Source: Dehalococcoidia bacterium (lineage in GTDB: Bacteria; Chloroflexota; Dehalococcoidia; GIF9; AB-539-J10). From it: a DNA stretch of 64,000 bases. Within the stretch, counting starts at the first letter, position 1. The number at the start of each line of letters is the position of its first letter. The notes beneath the pieces were generated by a model that was given only the letters and a program-made list of their open reading frames with translations, did no database searches and was not told where the DNA came from. This document shows, piece after piece, positions 16,014 to 23,954 of this stretch. The stretch is from positions 54,630-118,629 of the forward strand of contig JBKHJG010000006.1 in the NCBI GenBank assembly GCA_046538235.1, given 5' to 3'. Both the position numbers and the translations under genes were made by a program.

Positions 16014-16189
16014 GGTGATTTGACGGGGGTGGGGGCTGTGGTTACAATTACGGGATAGCTGAGAGAAGGGCAGGCCTGCCAGTGCTGCCGGGCGTGGCCG
16101 GGGGCTGGTGTGAGCCAGTTCGGACTTCAAGGGACATCGTTCCGCTCAGGCAATCAGAGGAAGGTAATGTGAACTATATCTATTCTTTT
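16014..16189 (+). repeat. Copy 2 of the duplicated ppdK promoter, leader and first codons (the functional copy)
   Basis: See copy 1 at 14888-15060. Confidence 0.7.
16020..16048 (+). promoter_or_regulatory. Candidate ppdK promoter
   Basis: TTGACG (16020-16025), 17 nt spacer, TACAAT (16043-16048). It leaves a ~115-120 nt leader before GTG 16169. Confidence 0.45.
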
Positions 16190-18442
16190 GGCAACAAGTT
16201 CGATGACGGCGGCGTGCTGGGGAACAAGGGGGCCAACCTGGTGACCATGACCGGGCTGGGCCTGCCGGTGCCGCCGGGCTTCATCGTGTCCATCGATGCC
16301 TACCGGCAGTACAAGAATGACGGAGCCATCCCGGAGAGGGATATCGAAGAGGCGGTGGCAGCACTGGAGAATGAGACCGGGCAGAGGCTGGGGCAGGGGC
16401 TGGAGGTGTCTGTGCGTTCGTCGGCGCCGGTATCCATGCCGGGCATGATGGATACCGTGCTCAACATCAAGGATATCCAGGAAATGAAGGGGGCGGTGAA
16501 GCAGGTGTTCGATTCCTGGAACAGCCCGCGGGCCATCGAATACCGGCGGATGCACCGCATCCCTCCCGACCTGGGCACGGCGGCCATAGTGCAGGCCATG
16601 GCCTTCGGCAACAAGGACTCGAACTCGGGCACAGGGGTGGTATTCACGCGCAACCCGAGCACGGGCGAGAAGGGCATATTCGGCGAATACCTGCTGCAGG
16701 CGCAGGGCCAGGACCTGGTGTCGGGCTCGGAGACGCCGCAGCCGGTGAGCACCCTGGCAGCGCAGATGCCCGAGGCGTACAGGGAACTGGAGAGGATAGC
16801 GGATGCGCTGGAGCTGCATTTCCGGGATATGCAGGACATCGAGTTCACCGTCGAGTCGGGGAAGCTCTACATCCTGCAGACAAGGAGCGGGAAGAGGAGC
16901 GGCTATGCGGCGGTGAAGATAGCGATCGACATGGTGGACGAGAAGGTGATAACGCCCCAGGAGGCGCTGCTGATGGTGAAGCCGGAAGACCTGCAGGCAA
17001 TGCTGCACAGGCAGATCAAGTCGCCCGAGCAGTACGAGCCGCTGACCAGGGGGCTGAATGCAGCCCCGGGGGCCACGACCGGCGTGGTGGTGTTCGACGT
17101 GCTGGAGGCGGTATCGATGGCGCAGAGGGCGGTGCCGGTGATACTGGTGCGGCCGGAGACGAGCCCGGACGACATCCTGGGGATCGTGGCCAGCCACGGA
17201 GTGTTGACGCAGAAGGGAGGGCTAACCTCGCACGCCGCCATAGTGACCAGAGCCATGGGCAGGCCCTGCGTGTGCGGGGCGGCGGATATCGCCATCGACC
17301 TGGCAAAGCAGCAGTTTGAGGTAAAGGGGCGGGTGGTGAAGAAGGGTGAGGAGATAACCATCGACGGCACCACGGGCAACGTGTACTACGGGGCGCTGGA
17401 GCTGGGCGAGGTGGAATTACCGGCGGGCCTGAAGAGGCTGACGGACTGGGCGGACGGGTTCAAGCACCTGGGGGTGATGGCCAATGCCGATACTCCGGAG
17501 ATGATAGCGCGGGCGATGCAGTTCGGGGCGGAGGGCATCGGGCTGTGCCGGACAGAGAGGATGTTCAACGAGCCCAGGAGCCTGTCCATGATAAGGGCCT
17601 TCCTGCTGGCCGACAGCCCGGAGAAGAAGGCGGAGGCGATTGAGAACCTGGAGACGCTGCAGAGGCAGGACTTCGCAGCGCTATTCAGGGAATTGAAGGG
17701 ACTACCGATAGTGATACGGCTGCTGGACCTGCCGCTTCATGAGTTCCTGCCCCCGGAGCAGGAGATCGAGGACGGGTCGCTGAGGCAGAGGGTGGCCGAC
17801 CTCAAGGAAGTGAACCCGATGATGGGGCACCGGGGGGTGCGGCTGGCGGCGACCCACCCGGAGATATACAAGATGCAGGTCAGGGCCATCGAGGCGGCCC
17901 TGAGTGAGGTGCCGGCCGACGTGTCGATCATGATACCGCAGGTGATCAGCGACCAGGAGGTAGTGCTGGTAAAGAACATGCTGGGCAACAGGAACATCAA
18001 GCTGGGGGTGATGATGGAGACGGTGCGCGCCTGCATGAGGGCGGGCAAGCTGGCATATGAGGTGGACTTTCTGTCCTTCGGCACCAACGACCTCAGCCAG
18101 GCGGTGTACTCCTTCAGCCGGGAGGATGCCGAGAAAAAGTTCCTCAGCACGTACATACAGGCGGGGCTCTTGCAGCACAACCCGTTTGAGGTGATAGACG
18201 TCAAGGGGGTGGGCAGGCTGATGGAGACGGCCATATTCTGGGCGCGGCGGGCCAAGAGGAACATCAAGATCAGCGTGTGCGGCGAGCAGGCCGGGGAGCC
18301 GAGGTCGATCCGGTTCTTCCACGGGATAGGAGTGGACAACGTCAGCTGCAGCCCCTTCCGCATCCAGGCGGCCAAGCTGGTGGCGGCGCAGGCGGCGATC
18401 AAGACGGAGAGGGACGCCGAAGCCGAATCTGCGGTTACCTGA
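16169..18442 (+). CDS. ppdK: Pyruvate, phosphate dikinase (short form, ~757 aa)
   Basis: GNKGANLVTMTGLGLPVPPGF, SMPGMMDTVLN, GTGVVFTRNPSTGEK, phospho-His motif GGLTSHAAIVTRAMGRPCVCG, C-terminal FLSFGTNDLSQ and CGEQAG. Start chosen at GTG 16169 (GAGGAAGG RBS), not the track's 16082. Confidence 0.85.
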   Translation: MNYIYSFGNKFDDGGVLGNKGANLVTMTGLGLPVPPGFIVSIDAYRQYKNDGAIPERDIEEAVAALENETGQRLGQGLEVSVRSSAPVSMPGMMDTVLNIKDIQEMKGAVKQVFDSWNSPRAIEYRRMHRIPPDLGTAAIVQAMAFGNKDSNSGTGVVFTRNPSTGEKGIFGEYLLQAQGQDLVSGSETPQPVSTLAAQMPEAYRELERIADALELHFRDMQDIEFTVESGKLYILQTRSGKRSGYAAVKIAIDMVDEKVITPQEALLMVKPEDLQAMLHRQIKSPEQYEPLTRGLNAAPGATTGVVVFDVLEAVSMAQRAVPVILVRPETSPDDILGIVASHGVLTQKGGLTSHAAIVTRAMGRPCVCGAADIAIDLAKQQFEVKGRVVKKGEEITIDGTTGNVYYGALELGEVELPAGLKRLTDWADGFKHLGVMANADTPEMIARAMQFGAEGIGLCRTERMFNEPRSLSMIRAFLLADSPEKKAEAIENLETLQRQDFAALFRELKGLPIVIRLLDLPLHEFLPPEQEIEDGSLRQRVADLKEVNPMMGHRGVRLAATHPEIYKMQVRAIEAALSEVPADVSIMIPQVISDQEVVLVKNMLGNRNIKLGVMMETVRACMRAGKLAYEVDFLSFGTNDLSQAVYSFSREDAEKKFLSTYIQAGLLQHNPFEVIDVKGVGRLMETAIFWARRAKRNIKISVCGEQAGEPRSIRFFHGIGVDNVSCSPFRIQAAKLVAAQAAIKTERDAEAESAVT

Positions 18443-18501
18443 GCCGGGTGGCTGCGGCGCGCGCCGCCGGCGTTGAATTCCAGAGACAGGAGGTTATGTA
18501 G

Positions 18502-19074
18502 ATGGGCAAGGTAGCAATTGGAGCACGGACACTGCTGTACCCGCTTCCCGCAATGCTGGTGGGGGCGAACGTGGATGGCAGGCCGAACTTCTCCACGTAT
18601 GCCTGGTGCGGGATTGCAGGGAGCACCCCACCCATGATCTCGGTCAGCTTCCAGCACAAGCGGCATACTTTGAAGGGCGTGAAGGAGAACGGGACGTTCT
18701 CGGTGAACATCCCTTCGGTCGCTCTGGTAAAGGAGACCGATTACTGCGGGCTGGTCTCGGGCCGGAACAGGGACAAGGTGGCCGACTGCAAGTTCAGCGT
18801 GTTCTACGGCAAGCTGGGCAGTGCCCCGCTGATCAGCGAGTGTCCGGTGAACCTGGAATGCTCGGTGGTGCACATGCTGAACCTGGGGAGCCACATGATG
18901 GTGGTGGGGCAGATCGAGGAGGTGCATGTCACGGACTCGTGCCTGACCGAGGGCGAGCCCGATGTCGGCAAGATCGAGCCCTTCCTGTGGGCCACGCGTC
19001 CGTTCAACCAATACTGCAGGTTCGGCGAACCGGTGGCCCAGGCGTTCAGCGTGGGGAAGGAACTGAAGGGGTAG
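18502..19074 (+). CDS. Flavin reductase-like (FMN-binding split-barrel) protein
   Basis: LLYPLPAMLVGANVDGRPNFSTYAWCGIAGSTPPMISVSF...GTFSVNIP is typical of the flavin reductase family. RBS CAGGAGG precedes the ATG. Confidence 0.75.
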   Translation: MGKVAIGARTLLYPLPAMLVGANVDGRPNFSTYAWCGIAGSTPPMISVSFQHKRHTLKGVKENGTFSVNIPSVALVKETDYCGLVSGRNRDKVADCKFSVFYGKLGSAPLISECPVNLECSVVHMLNLGSHMMVVGQIEEVHVTDSCLTEGEPDVGKIEPFLWATRPFNQYCRFGEPVAQAFSVGKELKG

Positions 19075-19199
19075 ACAGGAGGCGGCTTTCTCTTGCGGTG
19101 CGGCCGGCGGGGCGAGACCGCCACGGTGGACAGGGGTGTGCGAGATGGTGATAAGGGTGCCCCTACGCATTGTGGAGGGATTGACCAGGGTGGTACAAT

Positions 19200-19544
19200 G
19201 TGTTCATGGCGGGCTACACGCTGAGGGAGGCGGCCCAGGCCCTGGGGGTATCCACGGTCACGGTCCGGCGCTATATCAAGTCGGGCAAGCTCAAGGCGAG
19301 GCTGGTCCCCACGCAATTCGGCGAGTCGTACATTATAGACGAACTACCGCTGCGCAGCGGCCCCTCATCTGATGAGGCCCTATCCACGCAACCCCTTATC
19401 AACAGGATAGAGCAGCTATCGCAGGAGGTGGGCTACTGGAGGGCGAGGGCCGAATACCTTCAGGAGCGGCTGTTGCTGCTGGAGGCCCCCAAGCAGACCC
19501 CTAAGCAGAGGTGGTGGCAGAGGCTGTTCAAGGGGCGGAGTTGA
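19200..19544 (+). CDS. Excisionase/MerR-like HTH DNA-binding protein with a coiled-coil tail
   Basis: YTLREAAQALGVSTVTVRRYIKSGKLKA is an HTH. The start may be ATG 19206. Confidence 0.5.
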   Translation: MFMAGYTLREAAQALGVSTVTVRRYIKSGKLKARLVPTQFGESYIIDELPLRSGPSSDEALSTQPLINRIEQLSQEVGYWRARAEYLQERLLLLEAPKQTPKQRWWQRLFKGRS

Positions 19545-19572
19545 TGGTGGCGAGGAAAGCGGTGATGGGCCC

Positions 19573-20955
19573 CTAGGGGGCGTATTGGCGGGCGTAGCTG
19601 TCGGCGTCGAATTTTCGGCGCAGGCCGGGGGCGCTCATGTAGCGGACGTTGCCGAAGATGGCGTGCGACTGCCAGGGACGGTCGTGCTTGCCGAAGCACC
19701 AGGCAACGCCGGCGAAACCGTTGGGGTCGCGTCCATCTAGCTCGTATTTGTTGTTGAGGTAGAGTGCGGTGGAGAAGGCCTGTCCCGGAGTGGAGGTCCA
19801 CTCCAGTATCTTCTTGCCCCAGTACATGCGCATGTAGCCGTGCATCTTGCCCGTGATGACCATCTGCCTCTGGGCGGCATTCCAGTAGGGGTCATGGGTG
19901 AGGGCGTTTTCCAGGTGTTCCCGTGTATAGGAGTATTCCCGAGGGTCGTCGGCGCGCTGCCGGAGCGTGCGCTGCGCCCAGTCGGGCAGGCCGGCGAAGG
20001 AATCGTAGTGCTGGTTGTAGTGAACGAAGTTCATGCTCAACTCGCGCCGCACAACCAGCTCCTCAAGAAAGGCATCTCTGCCCGGTCCGCCATGGGCGTC
20101 TACCTGCAGATAGATATAGAGGGGTGATATCTGTCCGAAATGGAGGTACGGGCTGAGACTGGAGAGGCCGTCCCGGTTGGGGTCGTTCCTGGCAGTCCCG
20201 TATGTGGCCAGCTTGCTGGCGATGAAGTCATCAAGGCGCCTCCTGGCTTCCTGCGTGCCTCCGCGGAAGGCGGCCACCGGCTCTACAGAGTGGTCGATGT
20301 CGAGACCGGAGACGGCGCGGGCAGTATCCGAGATATCATAGCTATCGAATTCGGGCGGGGGAGCATCCCGTGTGAGGGATTCCTGCGGGAGGGGGACGAG
20401 ATAGCCGGGCACTACAGATGCCAGCTTGCGTCGTAAGGTAGCGGCAGAGTATTCCTCCCCGGGGGAGGCCGTTTCAACGGGAACGAGCACGTCGGTCTCC
20501 ACCTGCAGTAGCGGGCACTCGATGTTCAGTGCCACGTGCTGCCGCCACTGCTTCTGTATCCTGAGATAGCCACAGTCGCAGACGACGAGGGAAGCCTTCC
20601 CGGCCAGCTGCAAGACTCCGGCGGGAGGAGAGGTCCGTTCGATGACCATGGCAGCCCCTCTGTCCTCGATCTGTTCCCGGGTGTGCTTGAGTCCCTCAAG
20701 CATGAAGTGGTAATGCCGGGCGTTGGCCTCGGGAAAGGCATCGGTGAGGCCGAAATAGACCACCAGGGGTTGCCGCCTGTGGTTGGCGTGCCCGATGGCG
20801 AATTCCAGGGCGTGATTGTATTCGGCCCGCTGTGAGGCCTGCATCCAGTACAGGACATAGCCTCCGTTAGCGGGGTCCTTCCTGTTGAGCGGGCGGATAC
20901 GGGACCCGTGAACCATCTCCGGACCGGCGGTGCCGGCGGGAGTAGTATAACCCAT
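19573..20955 (-). CDS. phr: Deoxyribodipyrimidine photolyase, class II type
   Basis: YVLYWMQASQRAEYNHALEFA..., ...LSPYLHFGQISP..., ...YWNAAQRQMVITGKMHGYMRMYWGKKILEW... are class II CPD photolyase hallmarks. The start is uncertain: the track's 21054 would overlap the divergent gene. ATG 20955 or 20916 are more plausible. Confidence 0.8.
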   Translation of the reverse strand: MGYTTPAGTAGPEMVHGSRIRPLNRKDPANGGYVLYWMQASQRAEYNHALEFAIGHANHRRQPLVVYFGLTDAFPEANARHYHFMLEGLKHTREQIEDRGAAMVIERTSPPAGVLQLAGKASLVVCDCGYLRIQKQWRQHVALNIECPLLQVETDVLVPVETASPGEEYSAATLRRKLASVVPGYLVPLPQESLTRDAPPPEFDSYDISDTARAVSGLDIDHSVEPVAAFRGGTQEARRRLDDFIASKLATYGTARNDPNRDGLSSLSPYLHFGQISPLYIYLQVDAHGGPGRDAFLEELVVRRELSMNFVHYNQHYDSFAGLPDWAQRTLRQRADDPREYSYTREHLENALTHDPYWNAAQRQMVITGKMHGYMRMYWGKKILEWTSTPGQAFSTALYLNNKYELDGRDPNGFAGVAWCFGKHDRPWQSHAIFGNVRYMSAPGLRRKFDADSYARQYAP

Positions 20956-21046
20956 AGCGCGCCTCGCGTCAGCTTGAGGCCTGCGGGGAGGAGGGGTAGA
21001 ATAGGGCGATGCTCCGCCGGCCGGACATGGGAGGCGATTGTTGATA

Positions 21047-21484
21047 ATGCCCACCGATGAGAAGGTGTTGAGAGAAGTGCTGGGCGGTCAATATTTCGCC
21101 GTGCTGAGCACGGTGGAACAGGGCCTGCCTTACAGCAGCCTGGTGTCGTTCGCCACAGCGGATGGTCTGAGGGCGCTGGTGTTCGCCACAGGCCGGAGCA
21201 CGCGCAAGTACAGGAGCATGCAGGAGAACCCCGAGGTTGCGCTGCTGATTGACAACAGGAGCAACAGGCCTTCGGATACGGAACAGGCTACCGCCGTGAC
21301 AGCGATGGGCAGGGCCTGCGAGGAAGGAGGGAACAGGGACTTGTTCGAGGCGGCCCTGCTGGCCAGGCATCCTCAGCTGGGTCATTTCGTGGAGCAGCCG
21401 GATAGCGCCGTCATAGTGGTGAGGGTGCGCGAGTATATCATCGCCGGTTTCGAGAGGACGCGGCGTGTGGTCATGTCCGGCTAG
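21047..21484 (+). CDS. Pyridoxamine 5'-phosphate oxidase-family (FMN split-barrel) protein
   Basis: LREVLGGQYFAVLSTVEQGLPYSSLVSFATADGLRALVFATGRSTRKYRSMQENPEVALLIDN is typical of the PNPOx-like family. Confidence 0.65.
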   Translation: MPTDEKVLREVLGGQYFAVLSTVEQGLPYSSLVSFATADGLRALVFATGRSTRKYRSMQENPEVALLIDNRSNRPSDTEQATAVTAMGRACEEGGNRDLFEAALLARHPQLGHFVEQPDSAVIVVRVREYIIAGFERTRRVVMSG

Positions 21485-21487
21485 TCC

Positions 21488-21949
21488 CTAGCTGTAGTGG
21501 AGCATGGTGCCCCAGTCCTCCACCTTGTGGAACCGGCTGTTGGTGGAGTGGAAGTGTATGAGGACCGGTGCGGCATCGATCTCAGGGTGCCGCTGGAAGA
21601 GGGCGCGGTCGCCGTACCTGATAGCCTCCAGGACCAGGGGCAACTCGGACTGGAAGATGCTATACCGCCACCTGGCGGGACCGAAGACGAACCCGCCGCT
21701 GACGTGGCAGTAGACGCTGAATTTCGGACCATCATCCCCGCGGGACAGCTCGGCCAGGACCTCGTCCCTCATGAGCCTGGTATATAGCCCGCTTACCTGC
21801 GGGGCATTGAACTCCCTGCCTATCGATAGGAAGAGGTGGCCGGTCCTATCGGAATGGGTGAGCGTGTAGCGCCGGGGCAGTTCCATATGGTCGGGCCCGG
21901 TGTCGGCCAGGTAAGATACGTGGAGTTTGTGCGGACTGAGGCGTTTCAT
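21488..21949 (-). CDS. Staygreen (SGR, Mg-dechelatase-like) family protein
   Basis: LPRRYTLTHSDRTGHLFLSIG...LYTRLMRDEVLAE...FSVYCHVSGG...RYSIFQSELPLVLEAIRYGD resembles the Staygreen domain (RRYT.THSD.TG.LFL.IG). Confidence 0.65.
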   Translation of the reverse strand: MKRLSPHKLHVSYLADTGPDHMELPRRYTLTHSDRTGHLFLSIGREFNAPQVSGLYTRLMRDEVLAELSRGDDGPKFSVYCHVSGGFVFGPARWRYSIFQSELPLVLEAIRYGDRALFQRHPEIDAAPVLIHFHSTNSRFHKVEDWGTMLHYS

Positions 21950-21988
21950 ACAGGCTTATGAGGCTGTGCGGGGCCGCAGCAGCGGGGG

Positions 21989-22231
21989 CTATTGCTGGCG
22001 CGACTGCAGTTTGGCCCTGAGCTCCTGTTCCTGCTCCCTCAACGTCTGGAGTCGCTGCTCCGCCCGGGCGGCCTCGATCATCCGTTCCCGGCCGGTGATG
22101 AAGCCGGGCCGTGCCCTTCCTCTGGAAAGCTCGGCCGGATGTCTGCGCAGGGCCTTGAGCTCCCGCCTGGCCTCCTCTATGGCGGCGACGATATCCTCGA
22201 GCTGCTTATCGAAGTCCTCTTTTTTGTCCAT
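21989..22231 (-). CDS. Hypothetical small coiled-coil protein
   Basis: Open frame with charged heptad-like sequence. No clear RBS and no family recognised. Confidence 0.3.
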   Translation of the reverse strand: MDKKEDFDKQLEDIVAAIEEARRELKALRRHPAELSRGRARPGFITGRERMIEAARAEQRLQTLREQEQELRAKLQSRQQ

Positions 22232-22371
22232 AGGCCGGTCTACAAGTTGCCTTTCGACCGCTATCTTAGCGAAATCCGGCGGACTTGGCCAGTGGCCTGG
22301 GCGGGCATGTGACGGGTCTGCGCGCCCGTGCTATACTTGGGTAAATATTCACAAGAGGAGGGTTTTTGACC

Positions 22372-23046
22372 ATGGAAGAAGCAGGCTTCGGCAGAATGCC
22401 CTTGATCGGGGACAAGGCGCCATCGTTCAAGGCGGTCACCACGCAGGGAGAGATCAACTTCCCCGACGATTACAAGGGCAAATGGGTGATCCTCTTTTCG
22501 CACCCGGCGGACTTTACTCCCGTGTGCACCACGGAATTCATGACCTTCGCCTCGATGGTGGAGGAATTCAAGGCCCTGAACACCGAGCTGGTGGGGCTAT
22601 CGGTGGACTCGCTGTACGCGCACATCGCATGGCTGCGGAAGATACAGGACCTGGAATACAAGGGCATGAAGAAGGTGGAGGTGAAGTTCCCGCTGATTGA
22701 GGATATCCGGATGGAGGTGGCCCGCAAGTACGGGATGATACAGCCGGGTCAGTCCAACACCCAGGCGGTGAGGGCGGTGTTTGTTATCGACCCCCAGGGG
22801 AAGATCCGGACCATCCTGTACTATCCTCTGTCCACGGGCAGGAACTTCGATGAGATCAAGAGGATAATACAGGCCCTGCAGAAGGCCGATAAGGACGGCG
22901 TTGCCACGCCTGCCGACTGGCGTCCGGGCGAGGACGTCATCGTTCCGCCGGCAGGCTCCTGCGGCACGGCCAAGGAGCGGATGGAAAAGCCGGGCGAGGA
23001 TATCTACTGCCTGGACTGGTTCATGTGCTTCAAGAAGGAGAAATAG
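22372..23046 (+). CDS. Peroxiredoxin (Prx6-like / archaeal-type)
   Basis: IGDKAPSFKAVTTQGEINFPDDYKGKWVILFSHPADFTPVCTTEF carries the peroxidatic Cys motif. RBS GAGGAGGG at 22355-22362. The start is ATG 22372 or TTG 22366. Confidence 0.85.
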   Translation: MEEAGFGRMPLIGDKAPSFKAVTTQGEINFPDDYKGKWVILFSHPADFTPVCTTEFMTFASMVEEFKALNTELVGLSVDSLYAHIAWLRKIQDLEYKGMKKVEVKFPLIEDIRMEVARKYGMIQPGQSNTQAVRAVFVIDPQGKIRTILYYPLSTGRNFDEIKRIIQALQKADKDGVATPADWRPGEDVIVPPAGSCGTAKERMEKPGEDIYCLDWFMCFKKEK

Positions 23047-23109
23047 AGTGGCCCGGAGCGACGGGGAGGATGAGCGCGCCCTGGAGGGCATTGAGAGGGA
23101 CGGTGCATA

Positions 23110-23853
23110 GTGAACGGACAATCTGAACAACTGAGGTTTGCGGTACTGATCGACGGCGACAATGCTCAGGCATCGCTTCTGCCCCAGATCCTGGCTGAGG
23201 TGAGCAAGGGGGGGCTGATAACGGTGAAGCGGATATACGGGGACTGGACGACCACCAGCATGAACAGCTGGAAGAGCTCGCTGCACAGGTATGCCGTCCA
23301 GCCCATACAGCAGTTCCGGTACACGGTGGGCAAGAACTCAACGGACAGCGCCATGATCATCGATGCCATGGACCTGCTGCACAGCAAGAATGTGGAGGGC
23401 TTCTGTATCGTGGCCAGCGACAGCGACTACACGCGCCTAGCAACGAGGATCAGGGAGGGAGGGCTGTGCGTGATCGGGGTGGGGGAGAGGAAGACCCCGG
23501 AGGCCTTCGTAAATGCCTGTAACCAGTTCATCTACAGTGAGAACCTGGTGGCGCCGAAGGCGCCGAAGAAGAGGGCGGCCAGGAAGGCGAAGCCCGATGC
23601 CGGTGAACCCCTGAACCTGCTCCTGGAAGGGTTTCAGCTGGCTGCCAAGGAAGAGGAGTGGATCCACCTGGCGGCGCTGGGCCACGTGCTGCGGCAGCTG
23701 GACCCGGCATTCGATCCCCGTACCTACGGCCATCAGCAATTGCAGTCGCTGATCAAGCAATACCCGGAGACGTTCACGCTGAAGCGGGACACCTCGAGAA
23801 AACCGCCGGTGGTGTATGTGGCACTGACGGCCCCCAAGTCGCGGGCGTGGTGA
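23110..23853 (+). CDS. NYN-domain protein with a C-terminal OST-HTH/LOTUS domain
   Basis: FAVLIDGDNA...YGDW...NSTDSAMIIDAMDLL...FCIVASDSDYTRLATRIRE are NYN motifs. After a basic linker comes WIHLAALGHVLRQLDPAFDPRTYGHQQLQSLIKQYPETF, which is LOTUS-like. GTG start. Confidence 0.75.
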   Translation: MNGQSEQLRFAVLIDGDNAQASLLPQILAEVSKGGLITVKRIYGDWTTTSMNSWKSSLHRYAVQPIQQFRYTVGKNSTDSAMIIDAMDLLHSKNVEGFCIVASDSDYTRLATRIREGGLCVIGVGERKTPEAFVNACNQFIYSENLVAPKAPKKRAARKAKPDAGEPLNLLLEGFQLAAKEEEWIHLAALGHVLRQLDPAFDPRTYGHQQLQSLIKQYPETFTLKRDTSRKPPVVYVALTAPKSRAW

Positions 23854-23954
23854 CCGCGGACCTGCGGGAGACGGGAGCGGGGGCCGAGGGTCGGGGGCGA
23901 AACCCGTATTGGGTCCTCTGTCGCCGTTGTTCAACAACTGGTAAGATGTGAGCC

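Noticed and set aside
16154-19170. Long minus-strand ORFs (16154-17197, 16300-16848, 16903-17379, 17702-18322, 17737-19170) opposite ppdK and the flavin reductase
   Set aside because: High-GC antisense frames stay open by chance. The translations are His/Arg/Pro/Leu-rich with no motifs, and the + strand frames carry unambiguous PPDK and flavin-reductase signatures.
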